Shown here: positions 1 to 8,366 of the stretch, one piece after another
Position numbering within the stretch: the first letter of the stretch is position 1
Layout of the letters: every line of letters begins with the position of its first letter
Origin: Candidatus Falkowbacteria bacterium
GTDB taxonomy: Bacteria > Patescibacteriota > Patescibacteriia > Patescibacteriales > UBA12075
Direction of reading: 5' to 3'
Length of the DNA stretch: 64,000 nucleotides
Assembly: GCA_043801965.1 (NCBI GenBank)
Contig: JAZDLN010000024.1
Coordinates: 6,670 to 70,669, forward strand
Position numbers and translations under genes: made by a program
The notes under the pieces: generated by a model
Seen by the model: only the letters and a program-made list of their open reading frames with translations
Told to the model about the DNA's origin: nothing
Databases searched by the model: none

Positions 1-1296
1 CATCTCGAATTTTAAAGCGCCCAGGGTGATCGCCGCCGCGGTGGTTTCTATCTTAACGGCGCTCCAATCGTCGTGCCTTTGTCCGGTCTCGCGAAGGGCT
101 TTTTTCATGAGCTCCCCGCGCAGATCTTCGTAGGTAATAACGTTGCCGGAACGCGACGACATCATGCCGCCGGGTAATTTCACGAACTCGTATCCCAGGT
201 TGATCATCTCGGCTTTAAGGCCGGAAAGTTCAAGTACTTTGAACAGCTGTTTAAAGTGGAGACTTTGCCGGGTATCAGTAACGTAAATAGACCTGTCCAA
301 TTCATAATTATTGACCTTGGTCCTGGCTAAGGCCAGATCGGCCACCGGATATAAGGCCGTGCCGTCCGACCGGAGGAACATAAGCACGCCCAGTTTATAT
401 TTTTCGAGATCAGCGATCACCGCTCCCTGGCTGACGTTAAGAAGCCCGCTTTTTATCATGGCGTTAACTTCCGCGCGCCCCCGGTCGATGTATTCGCTTT
501 CATAAAAAATATGAACGAATTTTATCCCTAATTCCTTGTAGATGCGATCGAACTGCTCTATCGTCCACTCTCTGGTTTTTTTCCACAACTCGTACTCTTC
601 TCCCTGACGGCTCTCGATCTTTTTCATGACGAGCTCGATCATCTGCTTGGCCAGTTTATCTTCTTTTTCCCTCTGGCAGGAAGCCGCGTACATCTCGCCT
701 AAAAAAGCTCCCCGTTTTTCCGGCTCAAGGTCGGCCAAAACCGCTTTGGCGTATTTATTATCCGGGTGGAATGTCCACCAGATCGTTTTGGCCGCGTGGA
801 TGCCGAAATCGTTAATATAGGAAACCGGCAGGCTTTTATATCCGTTGGCGGTAAGTATCCGCTGAACCGCGTCGCCAAAGCAAAGGTTGCGCAAATGTCC
901 GATATGATATTCCTTATGGGTGTTGGCGTTGGAATATTCGATCATCACCCGTCTGCTTTTTCCGGTATCGTTATTCCCGTACTTGTCCTTAAGTTTATTT
1001 ATCTCCGTGACGATTGTTTTGGAAAAATAGATTTTATCGAGTTTGAAATTAAGATACGGACCGGTAACGCTTACGGTGGCCACGGAATCTATTTTCGGAA
1101 ATTCCGACCCTAGTTTCCTGGCGGTTTCGACCGGACTTTTTTTAAGTTCCCTGGCCGGATTAAAGCAGGGCAGGCTCAAATCCCCCATGCCGGCATCAGG
1201 CGGATAAACCAGATCGGATGCCTGAATCAGGTCTTTACCTATCATCCGATTTATCTCCCCGGCGATTTCAATTTTTATTTTTTCCAGCGAATACAT
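1..1296 (-). CDS. argS: arginine--tRNA ligase, C-terminus cut by window edge (432 codons present)
   Basis: Absent from the ORF track because it runs off the window. Own minus-strand translation from ATG 1296-1294 gives MYSLEKIKIEIAGEINRMIGKDLIQASDLVYPPDAGMGDLSLPCF...MIEYSNANTHKEYHIGHLRN (class I HIGH motif)...KLPGGMMSSRSGNVITYEDL (ArgRS MSxR loop). The frame stays open to base 1. Confidence 0.88.
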   Translation of the reverse strand, partial: MYSLEKIKIEIAGEINRMIGKDLIQASDLVYPPDAGMGDLSLPCFNPARELKKSPVETARKLGSEFPKIDSVATVSVTGPYLNFKLDKIYFSKTIVTEINKLKDKYGNNDTGKSRRVMIEYSNANTHKEYHIGHLRNLCFGDAVQRILTANGYKSLPVSYINDFGIHAAKTIWWTFHPDNKYAKAVLADLEPEKRGAFLGEMYAASCQREKEDKLAKQMIELVMKKIESRQGEEYELWKKTREWTIEQFDRIYKELGIKFVHIFYESEYIDRGRAEVNAMIKSGLLNVSQGAVIADLEKYKLGVLMFLRSDGTALYPVADLALARTKVNNYELDRSIYVTDTRQSLHFKQLFKVLELSGLKAEMINLGYEFVKLPGGMMSSRSGNVITYEDLRGELMKKALRETGQRHDDWSAVKIETTAAAITLGALKFEM

Positions 1297-1302
1297 ATTT
1301 TT

Positions 1303-2520
1303 TTATTTCAAAACAACTTTTATAAACTGGCGCTTGCCTCTCTGTAATAATATTCCCCTTTTGGTAATTTTTATCTCCGCGTTAATATCGTTAACGGCCG
1401 CGCCATCCACCTTGACTCCATTCTGCTCAATCAGCCTCTTCGCCTCTCCCTTGCTGGCGGCCAATTTAACCTCGCATAACAAATCCGCCAATTTCCAGTT
1501 TCCAATTTCCAATTTCACTTCCGCGATTTCCTCCGGCGCTTCTTTTTTCTGTATCGTTTTCACAAAATATTCCTCCGCCTCCGCGGCCGCCTTAACGCCA
1601 TGAACGATGCCGGTTATCTCGCGCGCCAGTTTCATCTTCAGGTCGCGCGGATTTATTCCGGAAGCAAGCTGTTTTTTTATTTCTTCAACTTCTTTCATCG
1701 GCAATTTCGTCGCCAGCTCAAAGGCCGGAGCGATAAAACCGTCCGGCCAGCTCATGATTATGCCGTACATATTTTTCGGATCAGTGTCCAAAAACACGGC
1801 GTTCCCTTCGCTCTTGCCCATTTTATTTCCTTTTTCGTCCGCGAGAATTTTAAGTGTCATCACGAATTTATCTTTCATGCCCAGAGCTTTCATAAGGTCT
1901 CGGCCGCACATCATATTGAACATCTGGTCATTGCCGCCGATCTCCAGATCGACGTCCATTTTTACGCTGTCGTATGCCTGGGCCAGGGGGTATAAAAATT
2001 CATGAAAATAAATCGGCTTTTCTTCTTCCATGCGCTTCTGGAACATATCGCGCTGAATCATCTGCTGGACAGTAAAATGGGAAGATAATTCTATCAGATT
2101 CTTAAAAGACAATTTATCGTGCCAATCGCTGTTTTGCCTTATCGCGGCCGCGTTGCCGCCGCTAAAAGCCAGATAAGCCGAAGCCTGTTTTTTATAAGAC
2201 TTAGCGTTATTTTTTACCTCTTCCCGGGTCATCTTCTTGCGGACGGCCAGCTTATCGGTCGGGTCGCCGATTGCGGCCGTAAACGAACCGACTAAAAAAA
2301 TAACTTCATGCCCCAGAGCCTGGAATTGGGCTAATTTATTGATCGTGATGGCATTGCCGATATGGAGCGAGGGGGCGGTCGGATCATAGCCGCAATACAG
2401 CCGAATGCGTTTACCGGATAACAGTAATTTTTTGAATTCCGAGGCGTCCGGATAGATTTTTTCCACTCCTCGCGCCAATACTTCTTCGATTTTATCTTTA
2501 TCGGTAATGATTTTTTCCAC
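1303..2520 (-). CDS. tyrS: tyrosine--tRNA ligase
   Basis: 405 aa. YCGYDPTAPSLHIGN (HIGH), KMGKS (KMSKS), C-terminal S4-like tail (GEAKRLIEQNGVKVDG). Start is GTG at 2520. Confidence 0.92.
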   Translation of the reverse strand: MEKIITDKDKIEEVLARGVEKIYPDASEFKKLLLSGKRIRLYCGYDPTAPSLHIGNAITINKLAQFQALGHEVIFLVGSFTAAIGDPTDKLAVRKKMTREEVKNNAKSYKKQASAYLAFSGGNAAAIRQNSDWHDKLSFKNLIELSSHFTVQQMIQRDMFQKRMEEEKPIYFHEFLYPLAQAYDSVKMDVDLEIGGNDQMFNMMCGRDLMKALGMKDKFVMTLKILADEKGNKMGKSEGNAVFLDTDPKNMYGIIMSWPDGFIAPAFELATKLPMKEVEEIKKQLASGINPRDLKMKLAREITGIVHGVKAAAEAEEYFVKTIQKKEAPEEIAEVKLEIGNWKLADLLCEVKLAASKGEAKRLIEQNGVKVDGAAVNDINAEIKITKRGILLQRGKRQFIKVVLK

Positions 2521-2593
2521 ATTTCATTATTTTATGATTTGTTATTTTAATGCTTTTATTTTAACTTATTTTACCTGTTTTTGCAACTAACAA

Positions 2594-2623
2594 CGTAGGG
2601 GCGAATAACTATTCGCCCCTACG
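2594..2623 (-). terminator. perfect 14-bp stem hairpin downstream of the 2646 gene
   Basis: CGTAGGGGCGAATA-ac-TATTCGCCCCTACG. Lies 23 nt after the stop at 2646. The T-tract on the minus strand is weak (TTGTTAGTT). Confidence 0.5.
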
Positions 2624-2645
2624 GTTTATCTAGCCTGTATATTTT

Positions 2646-4397
2646 TTATTTCAGTATATCCTCAACGTCTTTCATCTCTTTTAAGATCTTTTTCTCTATC
2701 TGCGCTATCCTGTCTTCGATCTTTTTCTCGGTCTTTATTTCCTCCTCCTTGAATCCGGCCTTGCCTTTGTGTTTTTCCAGAGCCGTCAATTCCTCCTCGA
2801 TCATCTTCCGCAGATCCTTAAGGTTATTGTGCAGGACCACTTCCGCCTCCACGGTTTCTTTCTTTAACTTCCGCCTGACGAAGAACACGATCAGGAATAT
2901 CAGGGCGATGATGACGACGATCATGAAAATAAGGCTCACGAATACCACGAAATAGTTCAGCACGAAATTACCGATAGTCGCGAATACGGGCGGCGAAACA
3001 AGGAAGCTAGCTTTAGAGCTCGGTTCGCTCCGGAGTCCGTTCTTATTGATCGCTTCCGCCCAAGCCATGTGCCGTCCTTTTCCTAAGCCTTTGTCATAAG
3101 CGTAGAACCAGGAGCCGTTCGGATCGGATTGCGCGGTACCTTTTATTATATCGTTGTCCTTCTGGATAAAAACCTCGACGGAAGTATTTTCGATGGCCGT
3201 GCCGCTGATAAAGAATTCCCCCGAAGGCCTTATCTCTTCCGTATAGTTGGTTATGATCGGCGCGGGTATCGGATTTATCATGAAATCGATCGCTGCCACC
3301 TGATAATTGCCGGCCTTATCGAGCGCCCTGACCATGGCCAAATGCTCGCCGACGCTTAAATCCTCCAATCTGACGGATTTTTTATCCGGAGCGGCTTCAA
3401 AGGCCTGCTTTTCAAGACTGCCTATAAAAATCTCATATTTTTCCAAACCGGAATCTTCGTCAGTGGTTTCGAATTGTATCTCCGGCCATTCGCCCACTCC
3501 GACCTCCTTTATCACGGCCTCAAAAGGCTTGGGCGGTTTCGTGTCGATCATTATCCGGTAATGCGCGATCGTGCCCCATTTTTTATTATCATAGAATTTA
3601 ACGTGCAGATACGATACCCCGTGTCCGATGTCAGCGATTTCCTTGGTCGCCAAACGGCCGTCGAGCTTATTTCCTGGATCGCTCACTGGTAAATTATTCA
3701 AGCTGACGCTGACCTGGGTTATGTTATCAGGTAACGGCCATTCGAATTTGGCGGTCGTTTCGTTATACCATCGATTCTGATCCGGATGGGTCGAAGAGAT
3801 TATTTCCGGCTTATTATAATCTGTTTCCCGGGGGGTTTCGGAAATTTCCGCGGGCTTGGGTTTTTCCGTACTTGGTTTCGGAGTTTCCGGAGGAGTTACC
3901 TGGGGCGAAACGGTGTAAGAGCCGCTTCCCATGCTGGCTAAAATGTTAGTGCCTTTGCCGTCGTTGGCTAAAACCGCCCCGGCAGTAAACCTGACCTGAG
4001 CCGCACCGGCTTTTTTGGCTTTAAAAGTGATCGTGCAAACTCCGCCGGCCGCCCCGTTATACCCCGGCCGCGGCACGCCCCCGCCGAAACTTATCGTGCC
4101 GGCGGTATTGGAAAAAGTCGGTTCCGTGGTCCAAAGGCTGAATACCGATCCGCCTTTTGAGACCCCCGCCACTTCCAGAAGATTTTTGTCAAAACTGATC
4201 GTGCCCTCGGACGCGTTAATGACCGCTCCGCCGGTATTAACCTTTACGGCTACGGAGAATTTTCCGCCGATCACGTAAGTGCCGCTCCCGGGAGCTAAAT
4301 ACAGGGAGGCTCCGGCCGCTCTGGCCGGAAAAACAGGTAAAAGGCCCGATAAGAAAATAATCGGGATCAGAATAAGGCTAAGGCTTATTTTTCTCAT
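2646..4397 (-). CDS. membrane-anchored surface protein with N-terminal cohesin-like domain
   Basis: 583 aa. Signal peptide (MRKISLSLILIPIIFLSGLLPVFPARA). Cohesin-like segment LYLAPGSGTYVIGGKFSVAVKVNTGGAVINASEGTISFDKNLLEV...CTITFKAKKAGAAQVRF. Pro/Lys-rich linker, Ig-like region, C-terminal TM (FVVFVSLIFMIVVIIALIFLIVFFV) and charged coiled-coil tail. Overlaps the upstream gene by 20 nt. Confidence 0.6.
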   Translation of the reverse strand: MRKISLSLILIPIIFLSGLLPVFPARAAGASLYLAPGSGTYVIGGKFSVAVKVNTGGAVINASEGTISFDKNLLEVAGVSKGGSVFSLWTTEPTFSNTAGTISFGGGVPRPGYNGAAGGVCTITFKAKKAGAAQVRFTAGAVLANDGKGTNILASMGSGSYTVSPQVTPPETPKPSTEKPKPAEISETPRETDYNKPEIISSTHPDQNRWYNETTAKFEWPLPDNITQVSVSLNNLPVSDPGNKLDGRLATKEIADIGHGVSYLHVKFYDNKKWGTIAHYRIMIDTKPPKPFEAVIKEVGVGEWPEIQFETTDEDSGLEKYEIFIGSLEKQAFEAAPDKKSVRLEDLSVGEHLAMVRALDKAGNYQVAAIDFMINPIPAPIITNYTEEIRPSGEFFISGTAIENTSVEVFIQKDNDIIKGTAQSDPNGSWFYAYDKGLGKGRHMAWAEAINKNGLRSEPSSKASFLVSPPVFATIGNFVLNYFVVFVSLIFMIVVIIALIFLIVFFVRRKLKKETVEAEVVLHNNLKDLRKMIEEELTALEKHKGKAGFKEEEIKTEKKIEDRIAQIEKKILKEMKDVEDILK

Positions 4398-5445
4398 AAT
4401 TTTTGGATTTTTTTATCTTTTTTATGATCTTGACCATGATAATGATCACGATAAATATAAACACTAAAGCGGCAACCGTAAGCGACGCCCAGAACGCAAT
4501 TTCCCCGGGACTTCGCTTTGATACCGGTACCCGCATTGATTCCGGCGGAACGTATTCCTCTATTCTTTCGTTGCCGGCTTTATCGACCGCTTTTACCCTG
4601 ATAATAGAGAGAAGACTCTGGTCTTCCAGTAAATACGGGGTTTTAGCTCTTTTCCAGTCGGACGGCGATTTCGGCTCCATGAATAATCTCTCGTAAAGGC
4701 CGGGCTTATCCGTGATACCGGAAAGTTCTTCCGGAGTAATTTCTAAAACTTCAAAGTGATCCAAGCCGGTCTCCTTGTCGGTCGTCGAAAATATTATATA
4801 ATATTGTCCGTCGAAAATACCCGGGTCGCTTCTTAGTTCGATCACGAAAGGCAGGGGCGATATCGCGTCGCTTTTAATATCTTCTCTCCAGCTTTCATCC
4901 GGATCAGTGGACGCGCTGGAAAATTTATACAAAGCCCCCCTAGTGGTCACGACATCGGCTGTTCCCAGTCCGTCATGAAGCAGTACGCGGGAGGCGGCGG
5001 AAAAATCGACGCTAAGGGAATCCCGATCGAAGTCGCTTATGATCATACCAGGTATCTGGAACACTATCCGGCCGAGAATATTGCTTTCTCCCGGATCGCC
5101 CGGTATCTTGCCGCAATATCCGCCCGGGATTCCGCCGGAAAAATGCAATTCGCCTTTTTGATTGACTTCTCTTAAACCGGCTTTATCCGGCTTTTCCACC
5201 CAGAGATTAAGGATCGATTCCCCGATCAGGAAATCAATTATATTAAGATAATCATTCGGAAAACCTATAAAAGCCTCAACCGTGTTGACGCATTCACCGT
5301 CCACGTCGATCTTTATGTCGGCCGTAAAACTGTCTCCCGGACCGTATTCGCCTTCCGCGGGATCCAAATAAAGCACGGCCGCGTGAACATAAGCTGGAAA
5401 AAATAAAAATATAAAGACAACTATAAATTTTTTAACATGACTCAT
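4378..5445 (-). CDS. membrane-anchored surface protein with cohesin-like N-terminal domain
   Basis: 355 aa. Signal peptide, then VLYLDPAEGEYGPGDSFTADIKIDVDGECVNTVEAFIGFPNDYLNIIDF...GRIVFQIPG (same pattern as the 2646 gene). C-terminal TM (IAFWASLTVAALVFIFIVIIIMV) plus a Lys-rich tail. Confidence 0.5.
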   Translation of the reverse strand: MSHVKKFIVVFIFLFFPAYVHAAVLYLDPAEGEYGPGDSFTADIKIDVDGECVNTVEAFIGFPNDYLNIIDFLIGESILNLWVEKPDKAGLREVNQKGELHFSGGIPGGYCGKIPGDPGESNILGRIVFQIPGMIISDFDRDSLSVDFSAASRVLLHDGLGTADVVTTRGALYKFSSASTDPDESWREDIKSDAISPLPFVIELRSDPGIFDGQYYIIFSTTDKETGLDHFEVLEITPEELSGITDKPGLYERLFMEPKSPSDWKRAKTPYLLEDQSLLSIIRVKAVDKAGNERIEEYVPPESMRVPVSKRSPGEIAFWASLTVAALVFIFIVIIIMVKIIKKIKKSKNYEKNKP

Positions 5446-5450
5446 AAAAA

Positions 5451-5546
5451 GTATTTAGTATTTAGTATTTAGTATTTTGCAGGCCATTCTTTACGATTAA
5501 GCTTTTTAATCGCGTCCCTAAATACAAAATACTAAATACTATATAC
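5451..5546. repeat. intercistronic hairpin, GTATTTAG word family
   Basis: Left arm 5451-5479 is gtatttagtatttagtatttagtattttg. Right arm 5518-5546 is ctaaatacaaaatactaaatactatatac; its reverse complement matches the left arm at about 25 of 29 positions. Fills the gap between stop 5551 and start 5445. Same words as the hairpin at 42789-42868. Confidence 0.85.
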
Positions 5547-5550
5547 AAAA

Positions 5551-6819
5551 TCATCCCGTCCAATAATACATCATGATACTGAAGTCCACCAGATCGACGA
5601 CGCCGTTCTGATTCTGGTCGGCGCAGGCGTTATCGGTTCCCCACCAATATAAAAGAATTGAAAAGTCGGTCAGGTTGACCCGGCCGTCATGATTAAGATC
5701 GGCTTCGGGGCAGGGCACCTCGCCGCCGACCTTACCGACATAGAAACTCACTGACCGGGAAAAACCGCTATTCACGATATTTCCTTCCGTCGCTACCTGA
5801 AACAAGGCTTTGGCGGTGTGCAGATCTTCTTCCAGGGGGGCCGTATCGAAAGATAATTCCCAGCTGCCGGTTTCCGCGCTGTTTATTTTTTCTACGAACT
5901 CCGTTTCGGAATTGATATGAACATGCACTTCGGTCGAAGGAACGGTTTGGCCGAATATTTTTATGGGTTCGCCCTGTCTTACCGACTGCTTGTCGATATC
6001 GATGGTCGGAGCGATATAAACGCCGGAAATAGTGGTTACGGCCCCGGAGATGACGCGAAAGGTCAAAGTAAGAAGCGTCGATTTTAGGCCGTTTAAGTCG
6101 GTCGACCAGAATCCGAAACCGGCGACTCCGGGCTTTATGTCAACGGTTTCAAAATAAAAATTAGCCAGAGCGTCGGTCTTTACGATTCCGGTCACGACAC
6201 CGTCGACCAGTATGTGTACGTCGGCATGGGGGTATGATTTGCCCTGAGCTATGACCTTAGTGACCGACTCCGTATTAGATCCGGGAAGAAAACCGGAAGC
6301 ACTGCCGGAACCTCCGCCGTGGCTGCCGCCGCCGGGGATTCCGGGCTGCGTTTCCATAGGCACGCAGCCGGCGGTGCTTACCCGGCAATCGAGGCTGCAA
6401 ACCAGGGCTCCGCTCTGATATCCCAGGGTGATGCAGGTTTTCCCCGCGAAATCCGCGCCGTCGCATTCTTCCGCCACTTCTTTCGCTCCGTTGCCGCAGG
6501 TATAACACATATCGGAATCGAAGGCGGTGCAATCCGAGAGGCAATCAAGATTTCCGCTCGCGAACGGATTGTCGAAAATATCGTTAAAACTGGCGCAAGT
6601 AGTCGTGCCCAGGTCTTCGGGAACATCGGGTGGCGTGCCCGGATCGCAAACTTCTCCGCTCATGACCTCGGCGTAACCGTCTCCGCAGGACAGCTGCACT
6701 TCTATATAGGTAGGCAAAGAGCCGGCGGCAGACGCTTGTTCAGACAACAAAAAACCCGGCGAGAAAATCGCCATGGCAAAAAATATAAAAATAACTGACT
6801 TTGACAAGCATGGGGACAT
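5551..6819 (-). CDS. secreted Cys-rich-repeat protein with C-terminal dockerin
   Basis: 422 aa. Signal peptide. Two CGDG/CGNG...EECD Cys-rich repeats (Myxococcus-type cysteine-rich repeat pattern). Gly-rich linker, Ig-like region. C-terminal duplicated dockerin motif DLNHDGRVNLTDFSILLYWW...DQNQNGVVDLVDFSIMMYYW. Confidence 0.7.
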   Translation of the reverse strand: MSPCLSKSVIFIFFAMAIFSPGFLLSEQASAAGSLPTYIEVQLSCGDGYAEVMSGEVCDPGTPPDVPEDLGTTTCASFNDIFDNPFASGNLDCLSDCTAFDSDMCYTCGNGAKEVAEECDGADFAGKTCITLGYQSGALVCSLDCRVSTAGCVPMETQPGIPGGGSHGGGSGSASGFLPGSNTESVTKVIAQGKSYPHADVHILVDGVVTGIVKTDALANFYFETVDIKPGVAGFGFWSTDLNGLKSTLLTLTFRVISGAVTTISGVYIAPTIDIDKQSVRQGEPIKIFGQTVPSTEVHVHINSETEFVEKINSAETGSWELSFDTAPLEEDLHTAKALFQVATEGNIVNSGFSRSVSFYVGKVGGEVPCPEADLNHDGRVNLTDFSILLYWWGTDNACADQNQNGVVDLVDFSIMMYYWTG

Positions 6820-6825
6820 TTAGAT

Positions 6826-6892
6826 TTGAGCTTATAGCTGTTAGCTAATAGCTGTTAGGAGAGTCTAAAAGCCATAAGCTAAAACCTAAAAG
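6826..6892. repeat. intercistronic imperfect hairpin, TAGCT/TTAG word family
   Basis: Left is gagcttatagctgttagctaatagctgttagg, right is ctaaaagccataagctaaaacctaaaagcta. The arms are complementary word arrays and abut stop 6893. Related one-sided words occur at 10451-10482. Confidence 0.5.
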
Positions 6893-8062
6893 CTATTTGT
6901 CATCCTTCAAATTAACGACATCCTGCCGTTTTATTCTTGGATTGTTGCCAATTACACTTTGTGCCGGAGCCTTTCTTGGTTCCGTGGCAGTTTCTGTGTT
7001 TACTCCCTGATACTGCGCGGATTTCTTATGCATCCACTGCCAGAATTTAAGCTTCAGGGCGGCGGCGGCTTGTTTTATTTTCAGCCAGACGAATCGCGCC
7101 GGCCAGCTTAAAATAAATAATATTTTGAAGAGATTGCGCCAGATCTTTATTCTGATCAATACGAAAATTATCGCCAGAATAACGAAAACTATTGCTCCCA
7201 GCGTTACCCAGGCCCAGGCGCCGGGGCCGGTATCCCAGCCTTCGCTCGCGTAAGGGGCGATCTGGAAGAGAAGCTTATCTTTGCGTATTATCTCGTTGTC
7301 TTTATATATTTTTACCTGTCCCCAGTAGCCGCCGGGAGGCAGCTTCGTGGCGAAAGACGCGCTGACGGTTTCAGTCGAGAAGGGCGGGACTTTTTTGATC
7401 GAATCGTCTTCATAGGTTTCGATCACCTCTTTTTCCAATCTGTCATACACGTCCAGGACGACTTTAGTCGGCGCAACTTTGATATTGCCGGTATTTTCGA
7501 TCTTCATCGGAACTTTGATATGATAGAACAGCCGATCAAAAAGACCGGCGAATACTTTCCAATTCCAGGGTTTTCCCAATGTTTTAAAATCCGGGATCTC
7601 CACTTTACGGACCAGAAACTCCAAAAACGGTTCATCAGTAACGGTAATATCGATCTCGATCCGCGCGCCCAAAGCGATAGCTACGCCGCCGCCGCCGGAA
7701 CTTTCCTTAGGCACGACCTTAACGTTCATGTAGCCTTTATATTCGCCGATCTCGGCGTCTTTTGGTATGTCCACGATAACGATCATGGGCACGCGGGTAT
7801 TGCCTTTAGGAAGGTCAAATTCGAACCCCTGATCGATCTTGATCCATTCTTCCATTTCCGGCGCGTTCACGGTTATTTTAGCCGTCAGCACTTCTTCCGC
7901 CGAAGAACGCAGGAGGGTTATCTTTTGCTCAAAGTGAGAACCGGCAAATACGGGCTTACTGGTACGGACGTTGGGAGGGGAAATACCAAAACCAGCCAGG
8001 ACAGGGGTTGTCCAGGCTATAAACAAGAATAAAATAAGGCTGACTATACCGGCTCTTCTCAC
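6893..8062 (-). CDS. hypothetical surface protein (signal peptide, two beta-rich domains, C-terminal TM + basic tail)
   Basis: 389 aa. MRRAGIVSLILFLFIAWTTPVLAG signal. TM WAWVTLGAIVFVILAIIFVLI near the C-terminus. GTG start. No family recognised with confidence. Confidence 0.6.
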   Translation of the reverse strand: MRRAGIVSLILFLFIAWTTPVLAGFGISPPNVRTSKPVFAGSHFEQKITLLRSSAEEVLTAKITVNAPEMEEWIKIDQGFEFDLPKGNTRVPMIVIVDIPKDAEIGEYKGYMNVKVVPKESSGGGGVAIALGARIEIDITVTDEPFLEFLVRKVEIPDFKTLGKPWNWKVFAGLFDRLFYHIKVPMKIENTGNIKVAPTKVVLDVYDRLEKEVIETYEDDSIKKVPPFSTETVSASFATKLPPGGYWGQVKIYKDNEIIRKDKLLFQIAPYASEGWDTGPGAWAWVTLGAIVFVILAIIFVLIRIKIWRNLFKILFILSWPARFVWLKIKQAAAALKLKFWQWMHKKSAQYQGVNTETATEPRKAPAQSVIGNNPRIKRQDVVNLKDDK

Positions 8063-8304
8063 AATTTTGCCTTGTTTTTATACTAAAAACACTAAAACTA
8101 ATGATTTTAGTTTTTCTTTTAAAGCAATAATTAAATTAATTTATCCTTTATTTAGCAATTATCTTAATATTACTCTTTTTTAACACAAAAAATATCTGTG
8201 ATTGTTTTGTGGATAGATTACCAGATATACTTTAAGTATACAATATTTTGAAGTAAATTTCAAGTCTGACTTTCAAATCCTCTACCGTCGTTTATCTTCT
8301 CTCG

Positions 8305-8347
8305 AAAAAAAATAAAAAGCATCCCTTTTAATCAATAGGGATGCTTT
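8305..8347 (-). terminator. rho-independent terminator of the 8367 gene
   Basis: Minus strand reads AAAGCATCCCT-attgattaaa-AGGGATGCTTT followed by TTATTTTTTTTCGAG. Confidence 0.8.
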
Positions 8348-8366
8348 AGGTAAGAATTTTTATTTT

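Noticed and set aside
311-2005. Plus-strand ORFs antisense to argS and tyrS (311..505, 766..1113, 1600..1995, 1607..2005).
   Set aside because: The minus strand encodes complete, motif-bearing aminoacyl-tRNA synthetases over the same bases.
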